Origin: a bacterium | Lineage (GTDB): Bacteria > JACRDZ01 > JAQUKH01 | Length of the DNA stretch: 39,523 nucleotides | Direction: 5' to 3' | Assembly: GCA_043809805.1 (NCBI GenBank) | Contig: JBDROR010000247.1 | Location: forward strand, 1-39,523 | In this document: one piece after another, positions 7,650-17,100 of the stretch | Layout of the letters: the number at the start of each line of letters is the position of its first letter | Position numbering within the stretch: the stretch's first letter is position 1 | The notes under the pieces: generated by a model | Database searches by the model: none | What the model saw: only the letters and a program-made list of their open reading frames with translations | What the model was told of the DNA's origin: nothing | Made by a program: the position numbers and the translations under genes

Positions 7650-8399
7650 ATGATAAATGATGAAATTACATTATTTAATGAATCGATAACTGAATGGTCA
7701 GAGAAATGGTGGTGGGGATATTGTTTTGATGAAAATGGAATAACAAGTGACTTTAAAAAAGATATGGAATTATATTTTCCATTTTTTCTTGAACATGATC
7801 CCAAAATATTAATTCATGAGAATTTAGTTGATTTTTCTTCGACAACCTACAACCATAAAATTGAAAATATTGAGAAGTTCCGTGAAAATATTATAAAATG
7901 GAAATACGGCTCTCAATATTATGAAATAAACTATAAAAATTCACTAAAAATAAAAAATGGAAATAGTATTGATTGTGTTTTTAACCATAGTTCTTTAGTT
8001 AGTCGAATTTTTTGGAAACATATCTATAATCCTTTAAGTTACCCAATTTTTGACCAAAGGACACTACGAACGTTTGCTCTCCTTTTTAATAAATCAAATG
8101 AATTTATACCTCTAAATCATTTGTGGATAGGTGGCGTTCCTACGGGAACAAATATTGAAAAGTATTACGATTCATGTTTCAAAAAAATTATAATCAATTC
8201 CATTAAAGAAATTACAAATGATATAGAAAAATTTTTATTATTAAGAAAAATTGATTATGCCTTGTTTGCATTCGATAAATTTATAATTTCAAAATCAATT
8301 AATAAAACAATACCCATATTTAAAAAAATCGTTGAAATATGTGATGAAAAAATACAAAATTTTACTTTCAGCAAATGTAATTTTAAAACATCGGACTAA
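7650..8399 (+). CDS. Hypothetical protein (249 aa), no recognisable domain
   Basis: The ORF track opens at 7533, but that part is translated from the inverted repeat and a GC-rich patch. ATG 7650 is preceded by AAGAGGA about 7 nt upstream. Confidence 0.55.
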   Translation: MINDEITLFNESITEWSEKWWWGYCFDENGITSDFKKDMELYFPFFLEHDPKILIHENLVDFSSTTYNHKIENIEKFRENIIKWKYGSQYYEINYKNSLKIKNGNSIDCVFNHSSLVSRIFWKHIYNPLSYPIFDQRTLRTFALLFNKSNEFIPLNHLWIGGVPTGTNIEKYYDSCFKKIIINSIKEITNDIEKFLLLRKIDYALFAFDKFIISKSINKTIPIFKKIVEICDEKIQNFTFSKCNFKTSD

Positions 8400-8662
8400 C
8401 AAATCATTGCAAATAAAATTAATAGTTTATCTTGGATAATAATTGCTAAATTCAATTTAGAAAAGTAGAAGGTAAATTTAATAAAAAAATTGGCACCTCT
8501 GTTTCCCAAAACTAAATCTCGGTATAATTCAATTAATTTGTGATATAATCAGCTTTACAAATAAAAAATAAAAGAAATTAAAAAAAGGAAAAATGAATGG
8601 CTGGATTATTGATCATAAAATCATCAAATAAATATGTTATACTTTAAGAAGGAAAAAATAAT

Positions 8663-8932
8663 ATGCCAGTTATAAGTATGTTTTATGGAATTATAATATC
8701 AATGTTTTATATTGATAATAGACGCCATAAAAAACCACACATTCATGTGCAATATCAAGGCGAAGAAGCAGTTATTTCTATACCCGACGGGAAAGTGCTT
8801 GAAGGTTCTATTAAAGCGTCAAAACTAAAACTTGTGCAGGCATGGATAGAAATACATAAGGAAGATCTTACGGCTGATTGGGAACTGGCGAAAAAAGGGC
8901 AAAATGTTTTCACAATCGAACCACTGAGGTGA
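8663..8932 (+). CDS. DUF4160-domain protein
   Basis: MPVISMFYGIIISMFYIDNRRHKKPHIHVQYQGEEAVISI is the characteristic DUF4160 N-terminus. Confidence 0.75.
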   Translation: MPVISMFYGIIISMFYIDNRRHKKPHIHVQYQGEEAVISIPDGKVLEGSIKASKLKLVQAWIEIHKEDLTADWELAKKGQNVFTIEPLR

Positions 8933-8935
8933 AAT

Positions 8936-9199
8936 ATGAATCCAAGAGTTAAAAAAGTAAAACCTGAACAAAACTTCAAATTAAGAATTTCTTTTGATAA
9001 TGGCGAAGTAAGAATTTTTGACATGTCACCACATCTTGATTTAGGTATATTCAAGGAACTAAAAAATACTACCTATTTCCGCCACGTAAAACCGCGTTAT
9101 GGCACTATAGCTTGGCCACATGGTCAAGATATCTGTCCCGATACCCTTTATCAAGAAAGCATCGTCACCAAGGGCGTACATAAAAGCACAAAAAAATAA
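8936..9199 (+). CDS. DUF2442-domain protein
   Basis: FKLRISFDNGEVRIFDMSPHL...TIAWPHGQDICPDTLY matches the DUF2442 pattern. It starts 4 nt after the DUF4160 gene. Confidence 0.7.
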   Translation: MNPRVKKVKPEQNFKLRISFDNGEVRIFDMSPHLDLGIFKELKNTTYFRHVKPRYGTIAWPHGQDICPDTLYQESIVTKGVHKSTKK

Positions 9200-9330
9200 A
9201 TTAAAATTTTAACCAAGCGCTTCCGGCGACGACTTACAGCTGCACCTGACCTTTTCCGGTTAAAAATAAATAAAAGGAAAAGATGAAAGTAACGTTGCTT
9301 TTAAGCACACAATGTGCTAATATATGAAAC

Positions 9331-9630
9331 GTGAATTCTTATAGATGGGATAGCGCAAAAAACGAACAACTTAAAGAACAACGAGGTATTGGTTTTGAAC
9401 AGATAGTTATGCATGTTGAACGTGGTGATATGATTGAAATTGTTGACCATCCAAACAGAGTTAAATATCCACACCAAAAGATGTTAGTGGTAAATGTTAA
9501 AGACTATGTTCATCTTGTTCCATTTGTTCAAAAAGACGATGAAATGTTTTTAAAAACAATTATTCCAAGCCGTAAGGCAACAAATAAATACCTGACTGCC
9601 GTCAGGCAAGTTTTAAGAGGTGAAAAATGA
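9331..9630 (+). CDS. BrnT-like (DUF497-like) toxin
   Basis: YRWDSAKNEQLKEQRGIGFEQIV resembles the BrnT N-terminal motif. GTG start, and a 4-nt overlap with the antitoxin gene. Confidence 0.55.
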   Translation: MNSYRWDSAKNEQLKEQRGIGFEQIVMHVERGDMIEIVDHPNRVKYPHQKMLVVNVKDYVHLVPFVQKDDEMFLKTIIPSRKATNKYLTAVRQVLRGEK

Positions 9631-9923
9631 AAAAATTAATATTAGATGAAGAAGAAAAAGAAATATTAGAATCTTTTGAGCGAGGAGAATGGAAACCTGT
9701 AAAGAATCTAAAAGCGGAAATTAAAAAACATCAGGGATATGCCAGAAACACTTTAAAAAAAGATAAAAGAGTAAACATTAGAATTTCAGCAAAAGTGCTT
9801 GAAGACATTCAAACCAAAGCAATAGAAGATGGAATTCCATATCAAACATTGATGTCAAGCGTTTTGCATAAATTTGCTGCTGGGCGTTTAATGGAAAGAA
9901 AAGAAGCAACAGGACATAATTAA
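9627..9923 (+). CDS. BrnA/CopG-like antitoxin
   Basis: KKDKRVNIRISAKVLEDIQTKAIEDGIPYQTLMSSVLHKFAAGRL is the typical ribbon-helix-helix BrnA-type C-terminus. Confidence 0.65.
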   Translation: MKKLILDEEEKEILESFERGEWKPVKNLKAEIKKHQGYARNTLKKDKRVNIRISAKVLEDIQTKAIEDGIPYQTLMSSVLHKFAAGRLMERKEATGHN

Positions 9924-9985
9924 TAGTGACGCCGCAATGAATATAGAAATTACTAACCATGTGAAGATTATACAAGGAGCAGAAC

Positions 9986-11971
9986 ATGTCAATAGAATCC
10001 GTAATGAAAGAACAAAGAATATTTTATCCTCCCAAAAAAATAAGCGAAAAGGCTTATATCAAAAGTATGGAAGAATACGAGAAGCTTTATAAAGAATCTG
10101 TGGATGAACCGGAAAAATTTTGGGCGGGTATGGCGGAACAAAATATTTCGTGGTTTAAAAAATGGGATAAAGTCATGGAATATGATTTCTCAAATATTGG
10201 CGAGGTTGAAGGGCCGTTTGTTAAATTTTTTCAAGGCGGCAAACTAAATGTTTCTTATAACTGCCTTGACAGGCATCTCAATTCATGGAAAAAAAATAAA
10301 GCCGCGATTATTTGGCAGGGAGATCATGAGAATGAACGCCGCACGGTTACCTATCAGGAATTGCATACGCAAGTTAACAGGTTTACCAATGTGCTAAAAA
10401 AACACGGAGTAAAAAAAGGCGATGTGGTTGTTATTTATCTACCAATGCTTATTGAGCTATCTGTCGCGATGCTTGCATGCAGCCGTATCGGCGCGATACA
10501 TTCAGTGGTTTTCTCCGCGTTTAATTCATCCGCCCTTCAGAACAGAATTCTTGATTCTAATGCGAAAATGGTTATTACGGCGGATGCGGGTTTCCATGGC
10601 GGGAAAGTTGTTGAATTAAAACAAAAAGCGGATGACGCGCTTGAAAAATGTAAATGTGTGGAAAAGGTTATTGTTTTTAACCGTGCGAATACAAAGGTTA
10701 ATATGAAAACGGGCAGAGATTTCTGGTGGTCGGAAGAGATGAATTCTCATGATATTAAAAATATTTGCCCTCCTGCACAAATGGATTCGGAGGATCCGCT
10801 TTTTATTTTGTACACAAGTGGAAGCACCGGCAAGCCGAAAGGTGTTTTGCATACTACGGCCGGTTATTTGCTTTATTCAAATCTTACCTTTAGATTGATC
10901 TTTGATGTGAAGGATGAGGATATTTTTTGGTGCACTGCCGATATTGGGTGGATAACGGGGCATTCCTACATTGTTTATGGCCCATTGTCAAATGGGGCAA
11001 CGACGCTTATGTTTGAGGGTATTCCTACTTATCCTGAGGCTGACAGATTTTGGAAGATAATAGAGGATTATAGGGTAAATATTTTTTATACTGCGCCGAC
11101 CGCTATAAGGGCATTGATGAGGTTTGGCGAAGAATTGCCGGATAAACACGATTTATCAAGCCTGAGGATTCTTGGGTCGGTAGGTGAGCCGATTAATCCT
11201 GAGGCATGGATGTGGTATTACCGAGTGATTGGGAAAGAGAAATGTCCAATAGTGGATACATGGTGGCAGACTGAAACAGGAGGAATATTGATTACTCCTC
11301 TTCCCGGAGCCACTCCGACAAAACCCGGATCGGCGTCAAGGCCGTTTTTTGGCGTTGTCCCTGAGGTGTTAAAAGAAGATGGCACAGTGGCAAATAAAAA
11401 TGAGGGAGGCTATTTGGTTATTAAAAAACCATGGCCTGGTATGATCCGCGGGGTATACGGCGATAAAAAAAATGAGCTTATAAAAAAATTTTATTTTTCA
11501 AAATTTTCCGGCAATTATTTAACAGGTGATGGATGTTATATTGATAATGAGGGGTTCTACTGGCTTTTGGGGAGAATTGATGATGTAATAAATGTTTCAG
11601 GCCATCGTTTTGGAACAGCGGAAATTGAAAGCGCGCTTGTTTCCAATGAGAAGGTTGCGGAAGCCGCGGTGGTAGGATACCCGCATGATGTTAAAGGGCA
11701 AGGGATTTATTGTTTTGTTACACTAAAAAAAGGAATAGTTCAGTCAGATGCCTTAAAAAAAGAATTAACAGGACATATCAGGACACAAATAAGCCCTGTT
11801 GCCACACCGGATAAAATCCAGTTTACCGACGCGCTTCCAAAAACCCGTTCAGGGAAAATAATGCGCCGTATTTTAAGAAAGATTGCGGAGGGAGATATCG
11901 ATTCGATAGGCGATACAACTACTTTGGCCGATCCGTCGGTTGTGGAATCGCTGGTTAAAGACAGAGAATAA
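9986..11971 (+). CDS. acs: Acetyl-CoA synthetase (acetate--CoA ligase)
   Basis: 661 aa with [20 protein letters not shown] and the C-terminal [17 protein letters not shown] motifs. AGGAG lies upstream. Confidence 0.95.
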   Translation: MSIESVMKEQRIFYPPKKISEKAYIKSMEEYEKLYKESVDEPEKFWAGMAEQNISWFKKWDKVMEYDFSNIGEVEGPFVKFFQGGKLNVSYNCLDRHLNSWKKNKAAIIWQGDHENERRTVTYQELHTQVNRFTNVLKKHGVKKGDVVVIYLPMLIELSVAMLACSRIGAIHSVVFSAFNSSALQNRILDSNAKMVITADAGFHGGKVVELKQKADDALEKCKCVEKVIVFNRANTKVNMKTGRDFWWSEEMNSHDIKNICPPAQMDSEDPLFILYTSGSTGKPKGVLHTTAGYLLYSNLTFRLIFDVKDEDIFWCTADIGWITGHSYIVYGPLSNGATTLMFEGIPTYPEADRFWKIIEDYRVNIFYTAPTAIRALMRFGEELPDKHDLSSLRILGSVGEPINPEAWMWYYRVIGKEKCPIVDTWWQTETGGILITPLPGATPTKPGSASRPFFGVVPEVLKEDGTVANKNEGGYLVIKKPWPGMIRGVYGDKKNELIKKFYFSKFSGNYLTGDGCYIDNEGFYWLLGRIDDVINVSGHRFGTAEIESALVSNEKVAEAAVVGYPHDVKGQGIYCFVTLKKGIVQSDALKKELTGHIRTQISPVATPDKIQFTDALPKTRSGKIMRRILRKIAEGDIDSIGDTTTLADPSVVESLVKDRE

Positions 11972-12055
11972 CGGATATTAAAAAAGTAATTGACCTGAAT
12001 AATGAAAAGATGGTAGAATTGCCCTGTTGAAGGTAGAAAAGTGGCCGATATTTAT

Positions 12056-12162
12056 TGTCATTCCGAGCAGAGCGGTTTGTCATTCCGAACGAAGTGAGGA
12101 ATCTGTCTGTGAAGAAAGATTTCTCCCTTCGGTCGAAATGACAATTGTATGTTCGAAATGCC
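12056..12162. repeat. Cluster of family A repeats (tgtcattccgaacgaagtgaggaatc / ttctcccttcggtcgaaatgaca)
   Basis: The same units recur at 19391-19510, 24845-24917, 26964-27245, 31719-31840 and 33177-33205. Confidence 0.85.
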
Positions 12163-12191
12163 AAATATTTTAACATTAGGAGGATGAGAAT

Positions 12192-12356
12192 ATGATTTCT
12201 AGCGGAACTTATTTGTATTATGCCAACAGCTGGCTGGTATCTGAAGGTGGATACCTTAGAGTTTTCGAAACATTTTGTTGGGAATTCACTCTTGGGGTTC
12301 TCATACTTGGAGTATTTGCGTACTCTTTAAATAAAAACAAAATATTTGAAAAATAA
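12192..12356 (+). CDS. Small hypothetical protein (54 aa) with a C-terminal hydrophobic segment
   Basis: Below the ORF-track cutoff. AGGAGG at 12179-12184 lies 7 nt before the ATG. Product is MISSGTYLYYANSWLVSEGGYLRVFETFCWEFTLGVLILGVFAYSLNKNKIFEK. Confidence 0.4.
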   Translation: MISSGTYLYYANSWLVSEGGYLRVFETFCWEFTLGVLILGVFAYSLNKNKIFEK

Positions 12357-12364
12357 AAATTTGC

Positions 12365-12388
12365 AGGGGTGTATTGCGATACGCCCCT
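12365..12388. terminator. GC-rich hairpin between convergent genes, possible bidirectional terminator
   Basis: aggggtgtat-tgcg-atacgcccct forms a 10-bp stem with one G-T pair. It overlaps the stop of the DUF2914-like gene and resembles family B hairpins. Confidence 0.35.
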
Positions 12389-12785
12389 ATTCTATAGCAA
12401 ATATCAATCTTTTTATCACAGTCGTGTCATTTATAATCGCTTCCACCTGCCATTCCCCTTTTTGATTAGGGTTGGTTCCATAATAGCTCCATGTGCGGTA
12501 TTGTCCTGCTTTGTATTCCAGTTCTATTTCGTCTAATTTCATATTTTGGTAATACCAGACATGTTTTATCATCCCGGAAGAACCGCTTTTTATCTCTGTG
12601 AAGAAAAAAAGCTTACCGACAGTTTCAGAAAAACTAACGTCGCTTTCTACAGGTTCACGGCACTGGATATCTGCGCATATTGCCGCCCTCGGAATCGAAA
12701 CATTAACTTCCGCCTCTTCCGCGTAAACAGAAAAAACTAAAACACAAACTATAAACAAAACTAATAAGTAAATCTTATTTTTCAT
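12387..12785 (-). CDS. Secreted DUF2914-like protein
   Basis: Signal peptide MKNKIYLLVLFIVCVLVFSVYA, then KHVWYYQN...YRTWSY...GEWQVEAI. Confidence 0.55.
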   Translation of the reverse strand: MKNKIYLLVLFIVCVLVFSVYAEEAEVNVSIPRAAICADIQCREPVESDVSFSETVGKLFFFTEIKSGSSGMIKHVWYYQNMKLDEIELEYKAGQYRTWSYYGTNPNQKGEWQVEAIINDTTVIKRLIFAIE

Positions 12786-13125
12786 TTACCCCTCCCCTTT
12801 TACTTATGGATTCTCCGATCCATCTAAGATAATCATTATTTCCCCCAACAATTGGTACGGCAATTATTTCAGGAACTTTATAAGAATGCAATTCTTTGAT
12901 TCTTTTAGTCACAAAGGGAACATTCTTTTCAAGTGTTTTGATAATTAATAAAATTTCCTTCGCGTTATCAATTTTCCCCTCCCACCAAAAAAATGATTCA
13001 ATAGATGGAAGAATATTTACGCATGCGACTAATTTTTCTTCGAGCAATGCTTGGGTTATCTTCTTTGCCTCTTCATCTGATGAAACCGTAGAAAACATAA
13101 CAGTATAAGCCATATATTCCCCCAT
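12775..13125 (-). CDS. cutA: Divalent-cation tolerance protein CutA
   Basis: LVACVNILPSIESFFWWEGKI...ELHSYKVPEIIAVPI is typical CutA1. Confidence 0.85.
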   Translation of the reverse strand: MGEYMAYTVMFSTVSSDEEAKKITQALLEEKLVACVNILPSIESFFWWEGKIDNAKEILLIIKTLEKNVPFVTKRIKELHSYKVPEIIAVPIVGGNNDYLRWIGESISKRGGVNEK

Positions 13126-13127
13126 TT

Positions 13128-14066
13128 TTAATTATTAAAATACGCTCCGGCGAATTTCTTATCTTCTTCTTCAGTAAATTCCTGGAACCATCCATATTCA
13201 AAATTATATTTTTCAGCCAGATGAACCGCCTTGTCATATTCATCTCTGGTAATTTTCCTATCCAATTCAGGACACTTTTTTGCCTGATGATAAGGAAAAT
13301 ATTGGCTCATAAGGCTGATAGGTATTTTATTCGAAAAATTTTCGTATATAAATTCAAAAATTGACTCTGACCCGGCAATAGAATTTGGAAGAATTAAATG
13401 GCGGATAATTAACCCTTTTTGCATTATATTATCCTCGTTTATTTCAATATCCCCTGTTTGCTGAAAAATTTCACGGACAGCATTCTGATTAATTTGCGGA
13501 TAATCATACGCCCCTGAATATTGTCTTGAAGACTCTTTATTCGCGTATCGCATATCTACCAGATAAATATCAATTATACCATATAATAACTTAAGAATTT
13601 CTATTTTTTCGTAGCCGCTTGTATTATAAACTATAGGGATAGAAAGTCCGGCCTTTTTTGCCTGATAAATGGATTCCAAAATAAAGGGCAAAAAATGAGT
13701 TGGTGTAACTAAATTTATGTTGTGACACTTTTGGTTTTGGAGCCAGATCATTTTTTGGGCGAGAGTCTCTTTTGATATTTCATCTCCTTCAGATTGCTGG
13801 CTAAAAGGATAATTTTGGCAATATACGCAACGAAGATTGCAGTTAGAAAAAAAAATTGTTCCAGAGCCATATGTCCCGGAAATAGGCGGTTCCTCGCCAA
13901 AATGAGGAAATATGCGGCTGACTTTCAGTTTATATTCTGCCTTGCAAAATCCCTTTTCGCCTTTTTTGCGGTTAACTTTACAATCTCTGGGGCAAAGGAC
14001 ACAAGGATTGGTAAGATTATAAACCTTTTCGATACGGTCAGATAGTTCTGGGAGGGTAATGTTCAT
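13128..14066 (-). CDS. Radical SAM protein, PflX-like (COG1313 type)
   Basis: CNLRCVYCQN is a CX3CX2C cluster motif, with upstream CVLCPRDCKVNR and HFGEEPPISG. The track start at 14084 overlaps tRNA-Cys by 12 nt. The in-frame ATG at 14066 (MNITLPEL) avoids the overlap. Confidence 0.8.
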   Translation of the reverse strand: MNITLPELSDRIEKVYNLTNPCVLCPRDCKVNRKKGEKGFCKAEYKLKVSRIFPHFGEEPPISGTYGSGTIFFSNCNLRCVYCQNYPFSQQSEGDEISKETLAQKMIWLQNQKCHNINLVTPTHFLPFILESIYQAKKAGLSIPIVYNTSGYEKIEILKLLYGIIDIYLVDMRYANKESSRQYSGAYDYPQINQNAVREIFQQTGDIEINEDNIMQKGLIIRHLILPNSIAGSESIFEFIYENFSNKIPISLMSQYFPYHQAKKCPELDRKITRDEYDKAVHLAEKYNFEYGWFQEFTEEEDKKFAGAYFNN

Positions 14067-14072
14067 ATTAAA

Positions 14073-14148
14073 TGGAGGCGGCAATCGGACTTGAACCGAT
14101 GAATAGCGGTTTTGCAGACCGCCGCCTTAGCCACTTGGCTATGCCGCC
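14073..14148 (-). tRNA. tRNA-Cys(GCA): tRNA-Cys (anticodon GCA) with encoded CCA
   Basis: Reverse strand is GGCGGCATAGCCAAGTGGCTAAGGCGGCGGTCTGCAAAACCGCTATTCATCGGTTCAAGTCCGATTGCCGCCTCCA. It has a 7-bp acceptor stem, anticodon loop CTGCAAA, T-arm ATCGG-TTCAAGT-CCGAT and discriminator U73, as expected for Cys. Confidence 0.9.
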
Positions 14149-14189
14149 CCTAACATAAATTTTATATTAATTTTCCCCCAAAGTCAAGA

Positions 14190-17100
14190 TTATTCCAATC
14201 CCCTTCCGACCTCCCGCATCCTTGGAATATGATAATATTTATAACGGAAAATGGTATCAAACCTGTGGCAATCGGCACACAAGGTAAAATCTTTTTTCCG
14301 CAGGAAACTATTAGAAGCTGTTCCTTCAGTATTTTCCCCCGGCGCATTATTAGGCTTTCCAGCCTCCCATTGATGCGGGTTATGGCACGATCCACAGGAT
14401 ATAATGCCGCTTGTGACCCTGCTCCCGTTGCCTTTATCAAACAATGGAAGAGACCCGGGTTCACGCTCAACGCGCCTTCCTATATTAGTAGCAATAATAT
14501 CTGTAGGATGCGTATCAACCACAGGAATTTTGCCGGCAGCGCGCTGATTTATCGCATGACAGCTCTTACAAAGCATAGACGGCGTTTCAGGGTTTATTTG
14601 TGGTATTTTAGCCCACATAAGAGGCTTTTCAAAGGCATTGTGAGGGATATGGCATGCACTGCATGGCCCGCCTTCCTCCGCTGTTTGATTGATCACATTT
14701 TTTTCAGATGGCGCGGTAATTCTCATATCATGATCCGTGTTAACAACATATTTTTTGTTCGAATGACATGCTGTACACATCTCAGAATTTGTATTGTTTT
14801 CTCTTAAGAAACTATTTTTAATATCCCCTTCGACTTTCATGCCAGGCCCGTTTTCTTTTTTATCGGGATCCCATTGATGAAGGTTGTGACAGGTGGAACA
14901 AAGCACTTTACCCTTTTCCATATCATTGGTTCCCTGCAATGTAAATATGGGGAATGGGGATTCTCCTCTTAACCCCAGAAGGCTAAAATCTATACCGACT
15001 GGATGTGTCGCGCCAAGCTGTTTAGTATTCCCGCACCCGTCTTTATTATGACAGCTGCCGCATAAAGGCGTGATGCTATCAATCCCGTTCCCCTTTTGTT
15101 TTGCCCATAATTTCTCCGCAGAAGCATTATGAGGGACATGGCAGGCGCCGCAAGGACCTGATTCAAAAACGGTCTGTCTAAGCATATTTTTTTCTTCCGG
15201 CGCGGAAATTTTCATATCATGGTCTGTCCCTACAACAAAACCTTGCGGAGTATGACAGTCCCGGCATAAAGTTGCTTCAGGATCGGAAGCAAGCCGCAGA
15301 AAACTATTCAAAGCCGTTCCCTCAATATTTTCTTTAGCGTTTCCTTTTGTATTCCTTTTGGAATCCCAGACATGCGGATCGTGGCAGGAATAGCAATATA
15401 CTTTATTAAATGTAGGAAGTGTTGTTATTCCGTCAACAGTTACAATGGGCGCATTTGTAATAGGTACATTAACCGGATGGGAAAATTGCCCAAGCTGTTT
15501 CTTTTCACCGCATTTATTATTTGAATGGCATGAAAAACAGAATTTGGAAGAAACATCGGCAGTGTCATTGCCGGAAGTATCACCTAATTTCCTTGCCCAA
15601 ATCTTTGGGCCTAATCCATTATGCGCAACATGGCACGGACTGCAAACCCCGCCTGTTTTACGTGTATTATTCTCAAAATTTTTCACCAATGGAGCAGTGT
15701 TCGCGAGGTCATGGTCTGTCCTCTCAACCAGAGCTTGTTTTTCATGGCAATCTTTACACAAATCAGGTGATGGGAAGTTGGATATCCTTAAAAAACTATT
15801 TGTTTGATTCCCCTCTGTATTCTTACGGAGAGATACTTTCTTTTTAGCTGGATCCCAAACATGCGGATCGTGGCATGAGTTGCAATATACATTACCATTT
15901 TCTAAAGATTCACCTTTATCATTAAATAACGGCAGTGTAGAACTCCCATCCGCGTCTGAAATAGGGACAGCCGTTGGATGAGTAAAGGTTTCGACACCGT
16001 CGGTTAATATCTTTTTATCCTCCCCGGGATTCTTCTCGGAGTCGCTTCCGACACTATGACAACTAAAACATAAATTGCCGGACGTATCTTTCCCAATTCG
16101 CGGCACATCCCTTGCCCACATTTTGCGTTCTTTTCCATTATGCGCCAGATGGCAGGCGCTGCATATTCCTCCATCGGAACTCGTTTTCTTCTCAATATTT
16201 TTCGCGTCAGGGGAAATTACAGACATGTCATGTTCGGTATTTTCAATAAAGAATTTGTCTTCATGACAATCTTTGCAAAGGCCGGATTTAGCGTCATTTG
16301 GTTTACGTAAAAAACTATTTGTGAAATCACCTTCTCTATTTTGGCTGAAAGTTGTATCCAGCATGTTTGGATTCCAAACATGCGGATCATGACAGCTTGT
16401 GCAAAAGATATTCCCATCTGCTTTTTGTTGCCCCATCTCATCAAACAAAGGCAGTGAGGCTGTCCCATCGGCTTTTTTTATTGATTTATCCGTTGGATGT
16501 GAATATTTATCAATTGGTTTTTTGCCGGCAGAACCATCCTTATTGTGACAGCTGGTACAAAGCTGTGTGACAAAATCATTTTTACCGGAAAGTTTTTTTG
16601 CCCATCCATGAGAAAAATGGCAGGACCTGCAGATTCCGGACTGTGCTGCCGTTTGGTCCTGAATATTTAGTTCGGCTGGAGCGGTAATAGCTAAGTTATG
16701 GTCGGAATAAATTATGGTTTTTTTATCCTTATGACAGTCCAAACAAATTGATGATTGAACATTTTTCGTAACTAAAAGCGGGGTATCTTTAATCCCCTTG
16801 TGAGGAAGATGACATGTAGCACATATTACTTCCTTGTTTGGGCCAAGAGCCCCCCCTGCCCGGACAATATCTTCAGCAATTTTCACTTTATCTGAAATGA
16901 TGTTAACAGGATGCTTTATCGAGCCTATGGAATCGCGCATTCCACGGATTACTTTATTTTCGTGGCAGATATTACATAACGAGGAGAATTTATTGGCTGT
17001 TAAAAGATTTCGTGTTGCAGGCGCGGAATCATGTATTTTATGACAGCTTTCACAAACCAATCTTCCCTCTACGCCCTTTATTGCGCCTAATGCTAAAAGG

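Noticed and set aside
9200-9330. Possible shared element: ccggttaaaaataaataaaagg upstream of the first BrnT-like gene versus gccgttaaaaataaaaagaaag at 27535-27557 upstream of brnT
   Set aside because: The match is short and mostly A/T-rich, and I cannot separate it from chance in AT-rich intergenic DNA without a genome-wide count.
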